Source: Thermoanaerobaculia bacterium
GTDB taxonomy: Bacteria > Acidobacteriota > Thermoanaerobaculia > Multivoradales > Multivoraceae
Length of the DNA: 64,000 nt
Direction of reading: 5' to 3'
Assembly: GCA_963664405.1 (NCBI GenBank)
Contig: OY761158.1
Coordinates: 4,832,001-4,896,000 of the forward strand
Below the pieces are notes generated by a model. The model ran no database searches. It saw only the letters and a list, made by a program, of their open reading frames with translations, and was not told the DNA's origin. Shown here piece after piece: positions 1-10,368 of this stretch. Both the position numbers and the translations under genes were made by a program. The stretch's first letter is position 1; each line of letters begins with the position of its first letter.

Positions 1-1
1 G

Positions 2-1171
2 CTGTTCGAACACGTCGAAAAGGGGCGCTCAGAGTTCAAGTTCGTACGTGGAGCGTACGGCGCAGGGAAGACCTTTCTTTGTTCTTGGTTATGCGAACGA
101 GCTTTCGAACACGACTTCGCGATCTCAGCCGTCCGCATCGGTCCCGACCAACCACTATCGGATCTTCCTGTCTTTTTCTCATGCCTGATTGATGGTCTAC
201 GTACACCAGAGAAGCGTGACGGCTCCGCGTTGGCAGACATTCTGGAGTCGTGGCTACTCGCCGTCCATCAACGGACGGCCAGGCTCGATGCACCCGCGGC
301 CACGGGGCTCGAAGGCGAGCGGGATCTCAGATCGCTCGTCGAGGTTCGAATCGGGGAGAAGCTGGCTCAACTCGCAGACATCGACCCGGGCATAGCGCCC
401 GCACTCCGCGCCTTCTATAAAGCACGAGTTGAGGGTAACCATGACACGGCAGCGAACGCGCTCACGTGGTTCAGAGGCAGTCGTCTTCTCGCAGCGAGCG
501 CCCTTCGGTCGATTGGCGTTCGCGGGCAGCTAACCGCCGACGAAGTATTCCCAAGAATGCGAGCGCTTCTCCAGGTGATTGCCGAAGGGCGACTCCGTGG
601 CCTGGTCTTGGTTGTGGATGAGATCGAACTGGTCCGACGGTTTCCTCATGCGAGACAGCGTGAGCAGGCCTACGAGACGCTTCGCCTGTTGATCGACGAG
701 TGTGGCACGAACAATCTTCCCGGTTGCCTCTTGATCTGCACTGGTACAGATCAACTTTTCGAGGACGAGCGATATGGAATCAAGAGCTATCAAGCTCTGG
801 CAGATCGCGTTGAAAATCCCCGCGGCACTGAAGGTCCAGCTAGTGTTAGGCAACCGATCTTGCTGCTCGATCCGCTGGATTCGGAGCGACTACTTGAGGT
901 TGCAGAACGAGTGCGAGACATACACGGCAGCGCATACGACTGGCCAGCAGAGGAGAGAGTGCCGACCGCTGTTCTAGAGCGAGTGGCTCGGGAATGGACC
1001 GCGTTTGGAGCCGAGGAAGTGGGTCGATTGCCACGCGAGTTCCTGCGCAATGTTGTTAACCTTCTCGACCTCTGCGAGGAGCGACAGGATGTACCTGCGG
1101 AGAGCTTCCTTCTAGAGCCTTCGACGCTGCGAGACTCTGCGTCATCGGTTCTGGCGCTTCTGCAGAAGTAA
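2..1171 (+). CDS. P-loop ATPase, DUF2791/BrxD-like (BREX type 2 BrxD or Shango SngB family); 5'-partial at window edge
   Basis: Frame open from base 2: ...FKFVRGAYGAGKTF (Walker A), GLVLVVDEIE (Walker B), GIKSYQALADR, QPILLL motifs typical of DUF2791. Confidence 0.8.
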   Translation: MFEHVEKGRSEFKFVRGAYGAGKTFLCSWLCERAFEHDFAISAVRIGPDQPLSDLPVFFSCLIDGLRTPEKRDGSALADILESWLLAVHQRTARLDAPAATGLEGERDLRSLVEVRIGEKLAQLADIDPGIAPALRAFYKARVEGNHDTAANALTWFRGSRLLAASALRSIGVRGQLTADEVFPRMRALLQVIAEGRLRGLVLVVDEIELVRRFPHARQREQAYETLRLLIDECGTNNLPGCLLICTGTDQLFEDERYGIKSYQALADRVENPRGTEGPASVRQPILLLDPLDSERLLEVAERVRDIHGSAYDWPAEERVPTAVLERVAREWTAFGAEEVGRLPREFLRNVVNLLDLCEERQDVPAESFLLEPSTLRDSASSVLALLQK

Positions 1172-1263
1172 ACCGCTGCCTTCCCCAGAACGGTTTGGGC
1201 AGATGCTCACGCTTGGCGCTCTCTGGTCGACCATTTAGCCAAGTCATGACCGACGGGCTCGGT

Positions 1264-3495
1264 TCACTCACGAGCGGATTGGCCAAGGAGATGGAGCAAT
1301 CCAGAGCAGTCCAGTGTCTGCTCGACAAGGGCGGAAGCCCAGAGTCCCCTAGGCAAACACTTTGCGAAGGCTGAAAAGAGCGACAGCGGTTGAGATTCCT
1401 CCAACATTGCCATCAGAGCCGCCTGTGCCTCCCTGACTGGCTGTTCGCGCAGACTACCCAGAGCATGCTTGAGCTTGGTAAGCAGGACTCCTGCCCCCTG
1501 CGGACCGTTTTTCACGTTCACCTCCTTGTACGTGGCGTGAGCGTTGCCGAGACTCAAGGCAGTCAAGTATCGAGCGAGTGTTCGATTGATTCGATCTCCC
1601 CCGTAAGTCAGGATCGATGCGGAACCTGCGGAGGTCGCGTCGATGACGATCTCTCCCGGTCGCCATCGACGGTCCGATGCCTCTAGCTGGAGGGAACAGA
1701 GCGCTTTTCTGCCCTTCTCAGAGACAAAGGCAGGGACGTCTCCGCCATGGAGCATCCGGCCTACCGCCTGGGCGGTTTCCAGCGGTACACCTGGACCCCC
1801 GAAACTGTGCCAAGCCGGTGCGGCTCCGTCACTCGAAGGTCGAGCCCGCACCACGTGCGCCTTGGCATCTACACCGTCGGCGCGCCACAGCTTTCCACCG
1901 AGGACGAAGTGGAAGGGCACCTCAAGAGCTTCAACGAATCCGGCGTCAAGAGTGCCAACAGCTTCCCTACCGTTGTGGACTTCATAGAGCGGAGCGCTGT
2001 CGAACACTGCAAAGAGCCGCCTCCAGTTAGCGGCCAAGAACTCGCTCTCTGCTCGATCGCCAACCACGAGGTGCTCATCTATCGTACGAAGATACGATTC
2101 CCTCACCATATTCTCGACAAGAGCGTCGAATTCCTGGCGACTGATCCCAGAGAAGCAATACGCGGGGCCGAGAGTCTCCCACGCCAGCGAAGGTCTAACA
2201 CCGAAGTGCTGTAGAGCCAGACACAGAAGTTGATGCGCCATAAGATGGAAGGCTCGCCGAGGCAACAGAAGTGCCTCTGTCTGGCCCTCTAGGCCGAGCT
2301 GAACAGCGGCGGTCAGCAGGGCGACCTCCCCGCTCGTGACACAGAATCCACGAAAGAAGTGCAGCCCTCCTTGTCGGCGACCGGTGCGGCCGATTCGCTG
2401 AAGAAAGGCCCCTGGGCTCGCCAGAACTCCCATCTGGATGACGCGATCGAGGGCGCCGATGTCAATGCCCAGCTCGAGCGTTGAAGTGCTTATGATGGCG
2501 TCGAGCCCTTTGACGGACCTTAGTTGGATCAGTTGTTCAGCTTCTTCGCGGAAGAACCTACTGACCGACGAGTGGTGGGTTCGAATGTTGATCGGTCGCG
2601 CCGACGGCGCGAGATGGCGAGTCTTTACAAAGGCAGCGGCGAGATTCTCGGCTCTCTTCCGAGACGACACGAAAATGATCGATCGACTTCCTGGTAGAAG
2701 ATCTCGAACTGCTAGAAACCGACGGAACTCGCCACGCTCCTGGCCAGGCGTCCTTTCATCGTCTGCATTCTTGTCAAAAAGACAGACTTCAACATCCCGC
2801 CTTTCCGATCCCTGAAGCCTCCCGCTGATTTGGACTCGCCTAGCGGGACGACGGTTAGCACCACTAATCCACGATGCCATGGCCTCAGGGTTTCCAATTG
2901 TTGCACTCAGCGCGATTCGCTGCGGCTTGTCGAGGCTCGGTGCGACTGCGCGCTCGACTCTCTGAAGAAGAGACAAGAGGTGCCCCCCTCGGTCTCCGGC
3001 GGCAAAGTTGTGGGCCTCATCTACGACAATGCTTTGGAGATGCACGAACAGTTGTTGCCAGTTCTCCCTGCGCAGAAGGATTGCTTCCAGAGATTCCGGG
3101 GTTGTCAGCAGCAAATCAGGTGGTTTCTGCAGAGCTGTCAGTTTCTCCCGAAAGGCGACATCGCCGTGCCACTTGAAGGCAGTGAGCCCGCAAGCAGAGG
3201 CATACAGTTCTCCGCGTCCCTCCAGGTTGTTCAGAAGGGCTCTGAGTGGTGCTAGGTATAGAATGCGGACGCTCTCTCCGGAGCCCTCAGTCGCCCTTGT
3301 CAGACATGGGAAGAGAACTGCCTCTGTCTTGCCACCCGCTGTAGGCGCTTCAACGAGACAGTCATTGCCATCAAGGATGATTGGGATCGCAGCTCGCTGG
3401 ATCTCGGATAGCCCTCGCCAGGTAGTGGATTCCACCCACCGCTGAAGGCCCGGGTGCAGCGTCGCTAACACATCATTGGATGTAGGGGGGATCAC
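1264..3495 (-). CDS. Lhr-like DEAD/DEAH box helicase (BrxHI/SngC-like)
   Basis: APTAGGKT, TTPESLE, DEAH, LSAT, STSTLELGIDIG, QRIGRTGRR helicase motifs. Confidence 0.88.
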   Translation of the reverse strand: MIPPTSNDVLATLHPGLQRWVESTTWRGLSEIQRAAIPIILDGNDCLVEAPTAGGKTEAVLFPCLTRATEGSGESVRILYLAPLRALLNNLEGRGELYASACGLTAFKWHGDVAFREKLTALQKPPDLLLTTPESLEAILLRRENWQQLFVHLQSIVVDEAHNFAAGDRGGHLLSLLQRVERAVAPSLDKPQRIALSATIGNPEAMASWISGANRRPARRVQISGRLQGSERRDVEVCLFDKNADDERTPGQERGEFRRFLAVRDLLPGSRSIIFVSSRKRAENLAAAFVKTRHLAPSARPINIRTHHSSVSRFFREEAEQLIQLRSVKGLDAIISTSTLELGIDIGALDRVIQMGVLASPGAFLQRIGRTGRRQGGLHFFRGFCVTSGEVALLTAAVQLGLEGQTEALLLPRRAFHLMAHQLLCLALQHFGVRPSLAWETLGPAYCFSGISRQEFDALVENMVRESYLRTIDEHLVVGDRAESEFLAANWRRLFAVFDSAPLYEVHNGREAVGTLDAGFVEALEVPFHFVLGGKLWRADGVDAKAHVVRARPSSDGAAPAWHSFGGPGVPLETAQAVGRMLHGGDVPAFVSEKGRKALCSLQLEASDRRWRPGEIVIDATSAGSASILTYGGDRINRTLARYLTALSLGNAHATYKEVNVKNGPQGAGVLLTKLKHALGSLREQPVREAQAALMAMLEESQPLSLFSAFAKCLPRGLWASALVEQTLDCSGLLHLLGQSARE

Positions 3496-3757
3496 GTCGA
3501 TCTCGCTTCCTGGTACGTCGCAAAGCGCCTCGCTAGGATGTCGCGACCGGGCCGAACAGCGTGGCAGAAGGATCCGCTTGACGTGGGTCTCTTGTTGTCC
3601 AAGGCGGAGAATAGGTCCGGCGTGCTCATCTCGGACTACCCCGCGCAGGTGAGCACGAGGAATTCAAGAGTATGGGGCATCACCCAAGGCTACGCCGTTT
3701 AGGCTCGCGATGGCCGATGGCTTCCGCGCCGATTCAGCTGCCTCGGCCGAGCTTTTG

Positions 3758-3868
3758 CGCCATACGGCGTGGCTGATGATCTCGGGCGGAAACCGGTTGC
3801 GGCGGTAGCTGGGTGTGCTGCTCTTCATGAGCAGACTCTGCCACCCGTCGGCTCAAATTGACAGTACC
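3758..3868 (-). mobile_element. IS6-family remnant: left inverted repeat plus first ~23 codons of transposase
   Basis: Minus strand GGTACTGTCAATTTGAG (IS6-type IR) ending at 3868, then ATG 3828 MKSSTPSYRRNRFPPEIISHAVW, the characteristic IS6 transposase N-terminus. Confidence 0.8.
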
Positions 3869-3942
3869 CAAGAAGCGATCACGAAGGCAACGGCGGAGGG
3901 CACCGCGTTTCCTAAGCGCCGCTGACACGACTAGGGCTCCGC

Positions 3943-4311
3943 ATGCCTTTCTACGCCGGCGACCGAAATGATCACCGAACCGGTGTGGACTTCCTCACTC
4001 ACCTCACGACTCAGGCCAAGCGATCTCTTAGCAAGAGGGGGGAGGACGCGAAGGGAAGAGACGTGTGGGTCAAGAGAGAGGATTCGACACGAACATGGAA
4101 AGAATGTATTGACCTTCTCGTGACTCACGGCAACCTCGCATCCCACGGCGGCACCGTGACCCTGGCCGAAACGAAGCGGCTTATCGAAACCTGCGAGAAA
4201 GCGCTAACGGCCTTGCGCTGCGACGTGTGCGACGAGCTTGTGTGGACCGTTCCTAGTGGCCAGGACTTTGAGTGTGGCTGCGGGGATGTGCGTTGGAAAT
4301 GGTCGTTCTAG
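3943..4311 (+). pseudogene. Probable C-terminal fragment of a larger protein (HEPN-like NxxSH helix plus CxxC/CxC zinc ribbon)
   Basis: GNLASHG...CDVC...CGCG; follows the IS6 remnant with no clear RBS; resembles the tails of AAA-ATPase defence proteins. Confidence 0.4.
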
Positions 4312-4733
4312 TTCACATCCTTCAGACTCAACACATACTCGAATCGATCACTCTCCTCCGAGAGAGCGTGCACGTAGAGCTCGAGCTCGTTCGAATCGAG
4401 GTGCTCTGCGAGATGCCGGACTCGTGAGATCAGGTTATCGTCTTCGTCGAAAGTGAAGGTGACGATGTTGCTTTCGGCGTTTCGCATCCAGCACCGCACC
4501 GTGAGTAGATCTTTGCTGCGGCGATTCCTCGCTACGTCGGGACTCGCCACCACGACGGTGCTGAGCACGACATGCTCGCGGTCGATGCTGAAGCCGATGT
4601 CCTGATGACGATTCCCCACGGGGACACGGAGGAGGTCCTCATCGGGGCGCAGACGCCATTTGGGGTCCTGCTGCGCCGCTACACTTTCGAGCATGGAGCG
4701 GAGCACTGCCAGGTTCACGACGGCTCCTCCCAA
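4308..4733 (-). CDS. YbjN/T3SS-chaperone-like domain protein
   Basis: R-x-Q-x-I pattern and terminal 'LSEESDRFEYVLSLKDVN' helix typical of YbjN-like folds; overlaps helicase stop. Confidence 0.55.
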   Translation of the reverse strand: MGGAVVNLAVLRSMLESVAAQQDPKWRLRPDEDLLRVPVGNRHQDIGFSIDREHVVLSTVVVASPDVARNRRSKDLLTVRCWMRNAESNIVTFTFDEDDNLISRVRHLAEHLDSNELELYVHALSEESDRFEYVLSLKDVN

Positions 4734-6595
4734 AGGTCTTGGCCGGCCTCAGCGTCCCGGGCGAGGAGGACCTCTTCGATCCAGTCGGCTTGCAGAGTGA
4801 CTTCACGTACGAGCGCCTCGACTTCTTCGTACTGGCTTGTTTCGGGATGGAAGAGAAGGCTCGCCTCGACGGCAATATGGTGACTCTTGTGACGTAGATC
4901 ACGGTGCGCACAAACTCGAGCGTGACCTAGAGTGCGCTGTAGGTCGTGGAGCTCGGCAACTGTTTCCTGGTCGGAAAGGTCTACGAGACCGACCGGGCTC
5001 TCGCAGCGGATGAGGGTCGCGTCGCCGAGGGCGCGAGAGCGCAGAGCGAGGCGAAAGAACTGGTGGCGAACACCTTCGGCCTTCGGGGCGATCCCGCGAG
5101 GTGCGAGCCTGCGCCCGTGGAAGAGCAGCAGGCCCTCTCTCTGATTACTTCCGACCTCGGGCTCTCGCACGTCCAGGGCCTGGACGAGTCGCTTCCAGAT
5201 CGATTCGAAGTGATTGCTGAGTGTCTCGATGGGGATCGGAGTCGCCGCCTTCTGGCCGAGCTCTCCCCGCAACCAGTCCTGCCTTACAGGGAACGCCGAC
5301 TCGAGTGGGCCCTGTGGGGGGGACAACTCGGGCAGCCCCGCGATCATCTCCACGTTCTTGTCGATCGTGGACTGGTACTGAGCGTGCTCGACGTCACGTC
5401 GGTGCATCAAGCGCATAAAGCGGTCGAGCCGATCGAGCACCCTTCTCACCTGTAAGACTTCGATCGTGTCGGCCAGATGCGGGTAGAGCACCTGGATCTT
5501 CTCTTCAGGCTCGGCCGGGGTGTCACGGCCGTCGAGCTGGCGTTGAACAAGGCTGCCGATTCGATCGATGCGGCCTGTGCGTTGTTCCATTGACGAGGGC
5601 GTCCAGGCGATGCCGTAATGCACGACGTTGCGGCAGAAGGTGTGGAGATCTTCGCCTTCCTGGAGGACGTCGGTCGAGATGAGGACTAGGGGGAAGCCGG
5701 GCATCCGGAATTGGCCCACGAGCCTCTTGCTCACGCCGCCCGACATGCGGCCCACGGGAGCCTGATGCTGGAGAGAGCGTCCGAAGATCTCGCTCAGTTC
5801 GGCGAGCCTTGCAGTCGGAACCTGCGAGAAGTTGACCGCGAGCAGGGTGTCGAACGCTCCGGCCGCGCCGTGTAGCTCGTAGAAGGCATGGAAGCCGCGC
5901 TCCGTGCGCTGACGGTTGAGAAGCTCGACGAAAGCGCGAGCCGGCCCACCCTCCTGAGTATCGGTGGAAGGTGCCGGACGGAGTTCAAAGGAGCCAGCCT
6001 CGCGCATGGCGAGTAGGTAGAGATCGATGTAGGCCCCTCCGAGGCGTGCCATCGCGCTCAAGAGCTCACGGCGCTGTTCGCTCTCACGCAAGCGCTGTGG
6101 GAATGGGAGGTTGCGGGCATCGGGCCAGAGCATGGCTCGGAGCTCGGGCCGCTTGACGAGCTCGGTGAAGAATGTAGTGACACCGATCTGCGAGCTCGCC
6201 TCGGGGAACCCGGGCGGCGCTTCTTCGTGTTGTCCCTTGAAGTCGGGGAAGCGTCCTCTGAGAACGACCGCGGCTTCTTCGGCTGCCAGACCCCCGGCGT
6301 TGTCGAGCAGAAAGAGTGCTGCGGCCTGGTAGCACTCAAAGACGTAGTAGCGCGGGTACCCTGTGGCTCGCCTTGTGCGGCGCCGGAAGTGTGCCCAAGC
6401 TAACTGGCTCAGCTCGGCTTCGACTGAGTGCCTGTGCCTGTTGAGTACCTCGGCGAGGCGTTGGAGTGGTAAGGCTGGGCGGCCGAGCAGTCGGGCGACG
6501 TAATCGTCTTCAAAGAGGGTGCTGTAAGCGGCGGCGATATTGCTGAGACGGTTCTTTTGGAAGGCCGCGCCGGACAATATGCCGGGCGGACCCCA
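4715..6595 (-). pseudogene. 5'-truncated SF2 (SNF2-like) helicase, HelicC domain plus C-terminal YbjN-like domain
   Basis: STDVLQEGEDLHTFC, HYGIAWTPSSMEQRTGRIDR present; no Walker A or DExx motif in the ORF; ORF begins at the GGTGCCACCC repeat. Confidence 0.75.
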
Positions 6596-6600
6596 GCAGT

Positions 6601-6630
6601 CTTCAGCTGCCAAGGGTGCCACCCGAATAT
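6601..6630 (+). repeat. GGTGCCACCC repeat, subfamily A (terminal part only)
   Basis: cttcagctgccaagggtgccacccg, compare 32727 cttcggccgccacgggtgccacccg and 23772 cggctgccaaaggtgccacccg. Confidence 0.7.
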
Positions 6631-6645
6631 TCCCAGCCCAGCTAG

Positions 6646-6748
6646 CTCGGGCGCTCAGATGTTCGTGAGATCATCCAGGGGCGGTTCGTATTGTCTACCG
6701 CGTCGAGCCGAGCCGAGATGTGCATTCTCACTGTCAGGCGTTCAAGCT
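6646..6748 (+). pseudogene. RelE/ParE toxin remnant (frameshifted)
   Basis: Translates in shifting frames as LGRSDVREIIQG / RIVYRVE / ILTVRRS. Confidence 0.6.
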
Positions 6749-6877
6749 GGCTGTCTTACGCATCCAAAGCGAAGTAGTGGTGCGACCTAGGCTTGAGCAT
6801 GTCAATGGCAGTGCAGCATCACTTCCCGAGAGCAGTGAGTGAAATGTCAGCACCTTGTACAGCAGAGGCACTGAGTT

Positions 6878-7357
6878 GTGGGGCTTGAAGCCGCCGTCTA
6901 CTGCGATTGCTTTGAACGAGGCGACCTCAAGGTCCAGCCTCGGCCAGAATGGGGGGTCTATGTTGCAGAAAACGGATCCAGAGAAACCACCGCTACGGAT
7001 CTCGATCTACAAACAGCTTTCGATTGTTGGGACCGCGACCAAGCCTGCTGCCACGAGGGTGGCGTTTTTCTTGCCCACTACATCGGCAATATTGGTCTTG
7101 TTGGGGTGTTTCGTGAGCTCATCGGCGAGCATCCGAATGACTTCCCACTAATACTGGAGAAAGTCATTTACAGTGGCAGTCATTGCGGGGACTATCTGGT
7201 AGTTGGAGAGGTAGAGGCAATGCAGGCGGAGGTTGAAAGGATCGCTCACGTTCATTCCCAAGACGAAGAAGCTGAACAGTGGCTCCGCGGTTTCGAAGCA
7301 CAGATGCGTGAGCTGGTTGGATGCGCATTGCGAGTCAAGAGGCCCATAGCATTCTAG
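6878..7357 (+). CDS. Hypothetical protein (MGLxAxVYCDCFE family)
   Basis: 159-aa ORF with plausible composition, CDC, CCH and SHCGD motifs. Confidence 0.65.
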   Translation: MGLEAAVYCDCFERGDLKVQPRPEWGVYVAENGSRETTATDLDLQTAFDCWDRDQACCHEGGVFLAHYIGNIGLVGVFRELIGEHPNDFPLILEKVIYSGSHCGDYLVVGEVEAMQAEVERIAHVHSQDEEAEQWLRGFEAQMRELVGCALRVKRPIAF

Positions 7358-7422
7358 AGCTCGGACAAGGTATTCCAAGACCTCCTGCCGATGGCGGTTG
7401 ATCCACGCGGCATCTTCGACCC

Positions 7423-7535
7423 GGGGACTTCACGCAAACTCGTCCCGAAACGGACTCAGGAATCGCCTCTCGGCTGACCAGTCCGTGACCGCGAAGACCA
7501 CGTCAGAGAACGCCCCTCGGAACTCGCCCTCGAGC
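7423..7535 (-). repeat. Diverged direct-repeat copy of the 3' end of the TIGR02452 gene (9477-9590)
   Basis: LEGEFRGAFSDVVFAVTDWSAERRFLSPFRDEFA* versus LEGEFQGAFSDVVFAVTDWSLGRRFLGPFRDEFG*. Confidence 0.9.
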
Positions 7536-7538
7536 ACC

Positions 7539-7715
7539 GTTGACACCCGCGACAACGACCCTGTCGGCGCGATCGTTGGCGCTCTCGTAGGTGCGCAGCA
7601 TGGCGCGAGTTCACTGCCCGACCGGTGGCTCGACGGGCTGCTGGGCCGCACCGGTGCCGACGATGACGGGCGAGTTCAGGAGTTAGTGGAGCTGGCAGTG
7701 CAGAGGTGGTGCTAA
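7539..7715 (+). pseudogene. ADP-ribosylglycohydrolase (DraG/ARH) C-terminal fragment
   Basis: DTRDNDPVGAIVGALVGAQHG..LPDRW matches the ARH D-x-D-T/GA-x-x-GA-x-x-G motif; no 5' part. Confidence 0.75.
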
Positions 7716-7777
7716 AGACACTGGCGATCGACGTGGTGGCCAGGAGCGCGCCGCAGACGCCACCAGTCGAAATCGTA

Positions 7778-8839
7778 CTAGGGAGCGGACAAGCGGCCCA
7801 AAGCAAGCTCAATCAGGCGGTCATCGAACATCCGGAGCTTACGTTCTGCCACGCGTCGGTCCCCGGGCCACGAGGATAGCCCCTCCTTAATATCCCTCAG
7901 CTCGGGTCGCCTACCCTCGCGGCTAAGCAACCAGTCAACAGAGGCGAGCAGCTCCAAACCAAGCGGAGACTCGAATCCGTCGATCTTCTTCGCGGTTCGC
8001 TCGAGAGCTTCAAGGTAGGGCTTCGCTTCCGATCTCAGATACGCCGCTAGGCGCTCCCTCTTCGAGTCGTTGAACGCGATCAGGTCGGTCGGCCTAGCAT
8101 CGGCGATCCGCAGTTGCGAATGGAGGTAGCTGCCGTCCAGGCTATCGAGGAGATGCCTGAGTCGTTCAGCGTAGGGGCCGTACCTGTTCGCGGTGAACTG
8201 CAATTCGAGAGGGTTGTTCAGGCGGCAGGCGCTGATCTCACGCTCAAGAAACCAGGCTAGTTTCTGGATCTCTAGCAGCGAGCAGTCGATTCCAAGGATC
8301 CAGTATCGGCGGACGAGCTCGGCGATGAGAGCTCGCGCAGGCGTCAATTTCTCAGCACCCGCCCTCTTGGCTACGTTCTGGTACTCAAGGGTTGGTTCGT
8401 AGATCCGTACTTCGACATCAGGAAGATCGGCCAGGGTCCGCTCGATGAGCGGTCGAACAGTCGACCATGCCAGCCCTCCGTTGCCGCAACCCAACGGCGG
8501 AATGGCGATGGATTGGATCGTATTCTCGTTTACGACGGACTTTAGGTCCTCGAGGCCGGCCTCGATCCACTCGATCCGGGTCGCGGTTCGCCAATGCTGC
8601 TTTGTAGGGAGGTTGATGATCCATCGTGGCCCTATCAGCTCGGCACGTTCGGTAACGAATACTCGGCCGACCTCGACCTCCCCTCGCTTGCAGGCAGCTG
8701 CGTAGGCGCGGAAGTTCTCGGGGAAGGCTTCTTTGAACATCAAGGCAATTCCCTTCCCCATGACACCGACTGTGTTGACCGGGTTGACCAGAGCCTCTAC
8801 GTCGGCTTCGAGAAGATTGCCCTTTGTATAGTGGAGCAT
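7778..8839 (-). CDS. darG: DarG antitoxin (macrodomain DNA ADP-ribosylhydrolase)
   Basis: [68 protein letters not shown]. Confidence 0.93.
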   Translation of the reverse strand: MLHYTKGNLLEADVEALVNPVNTVGVMGKGIALMFKEAFPENFRAYAAACKRGEVEVGRVFVTERAELIGPRWIINLPTKQHWRTATRIEWIEAGLEDLKSVVNENTIQSIAIPPLGCGNGGLAWSTVRPLIERTLADLPDVEVRIYEPTLEYQNVAKRAGAEKLTPARALIAELVRRYWILGIDCSLLEIQKLAWFLEREISACRLNNPLELQFTANRYGPYAERLRHLLDSLDGSYLHSQLRIADARPTDLIAFNDSKRERLAAYLRSEAKPYLEALERTAKKIDGFESPLGLELLASVDWLLSREGRRPELRDIKEGLSSWPGDRRVAERKLRMFDDRLIELALGRLSAP

Positions 8840-9197
8840 CAGAAGTACCAGCCAGGCTGAACGACGGTCTTGAGCTCTAGACCGCGCTTGGAGGCCTCAG
8901 CGTCGATCGCGGTCTTCACCTCAGAAGTGTAGCAAGCCAGGCCCTCGAGGGCCGCGAAGGGTACGTGCCTATGCGCAAGTGCTTCGGCCTGGTACCCCTC
9001 GGAGGGACCGGCACCTCTCGATGACTCCGCTTCTCTATGAGCTCGGCACTTCCTATGGCGGCGAAGTTCGCGTCCTTGATGTCCGATCGACTGCAGTGGA
9101 GCCCATTCTTCAAGATCCAGGGCACGTTGGATCTATGGGTGATCCGGAAAATGAGCGCCTTGCCGGCGGTGAGGGTTTCGTTGAGGGGCCTCGCCAT
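8839..9197 (-). pseudogene. darT: DarT DNA ADP-ribosyltransferase with internal deletion and frameshift
   Basis: N-term LIFRITHRSNVPWILKNGLHC...IGSAELIEKR...PVPPRGT fused out of frame at GGTACC (8991-8996) to YQAEALAHRHVP...VQPGWYF*; stop overlaps darG ATG. Confidence 0.88.
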
Positions 9198-9262
9198 AGC
9201 TGCCGATAGGAGTTTAGCTCCCGGAGTGAGCCGGCGCACGTGCCCCTGCTCAGAACAGATCC

Positions 9263-9360
9263 GGCTGAGCGCTCAACCGGTTGGAACACTGGATCTCATG
9301 AGCCTGCGCGACTTGGACGGCTGCCTCAACGAAGAGGTTGCCACCTTACGGGGAACCCTT
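9263..9360 (-). repeat. GGTGCCACCC repeat, subfamily B (diverged copy) upstream of darT
   Basis: Minus strand ggtggcaacctcttcgttgaggcagccgtccaag...ctcagcc aligns colinearly with the 16002 copy. Confidence 0.6.
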
Positions 9361-9483
9361 CCCATGGGAACTCAGTCCTTCTCTACCTCCGGCCCTATCA
9401 CCCGGTAACCTCGGTTGCGAGGCGCTCTGCCAATTTCAATTCCCTTCTCACGAGGCGCCCGGCCTCCTAGCGCGGCGGGAACT

Positions 9484-10155
9484 TCACCCAAACTCGTCCC
9501 GAAACGGACCCAGGAATCGCCTCCCGAGCGACCAGTCCGTGACCGCGAAGACCACGTCGGAGAACGCCCCCTGGAACTCGCCCTCGAGCGCCCTTCGGAA
9601 GTCGGCGGCGCACCGTCTCGCATCGTTCCCGAACGCTCCACAGCCCCAGGCCCCCAGGACGAGAGCCGAGTGCTCGTATGCCCTCGCGACGGCCAGCACT
9701 CGATGGATACGCCGCTCCAGGAGATCTCCGGCTTCGGGCTGACCGATGGCGGGAGCGTAGGGCGCCGCGCAGGTCAGGAAGCTGAGAAGCCAGGGTTGCT
9801 CGAGCTCTTCTCCGGCGTCGAGACGAAAGACGGGGACGTGAGGGGAGTAGATGGCCCAGTCGGTAGAGTCCGGCCGCGCGCGCGCAGCGTGTTCGGGATA
9901 CATCGGATCGCCGACCAGAGTCGTGTGCAGTGCGCTCGACCGGCACAGCACCTCCTCCTGCGCCCGCGCACCGCTGAGGAAGCCGCCGCCAGGTGAGATG
10001 CCGTTGGCAAAGTTCAGGGCGAGAGGCTGGTGACCGCTCTCGACGAGTCGACGTGATGCTCCCAGTGTCGTCTCGTTGACGACCTGAACCCGGGTTTCCG
10101 GAAGCACGGACTTCTCGAGCTGCGGAAGAGGCGCGTCCGGCGGGATGCTGACCTT
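9484..10155 (-). pseudogene. TIGR02452 family (bacterial PARG-like macrodomain), 3' part, disrupted by IS21
   Basis: LNFAN..PGGGFLSGARAQEEVLCRSS, LVLGAWGCGAFGND; continues the reading frame of 13482-13702 across the IS. Confidence 0.9.
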
Positions 10156-10368
10156 TGTCAACGGCGCTTAAGAAGCGCGCGATCCCGGCTTTCTGACCGC
10201 GTTTCCTGCTGAGAGTCTCTTCAGCATCATCGTCGCGCGCGAGCGCGCGAGCAGCGTGGCAGGTGGGAGTATGGGGAGACCGGCGGGGGCGACTCCAAGC
10301 AAGGTGACCGCCCACCGCCGGAAGGCCTGGGGTATGACGCCCCAGAAGAGGGAGTATTCCGCCTGCGG

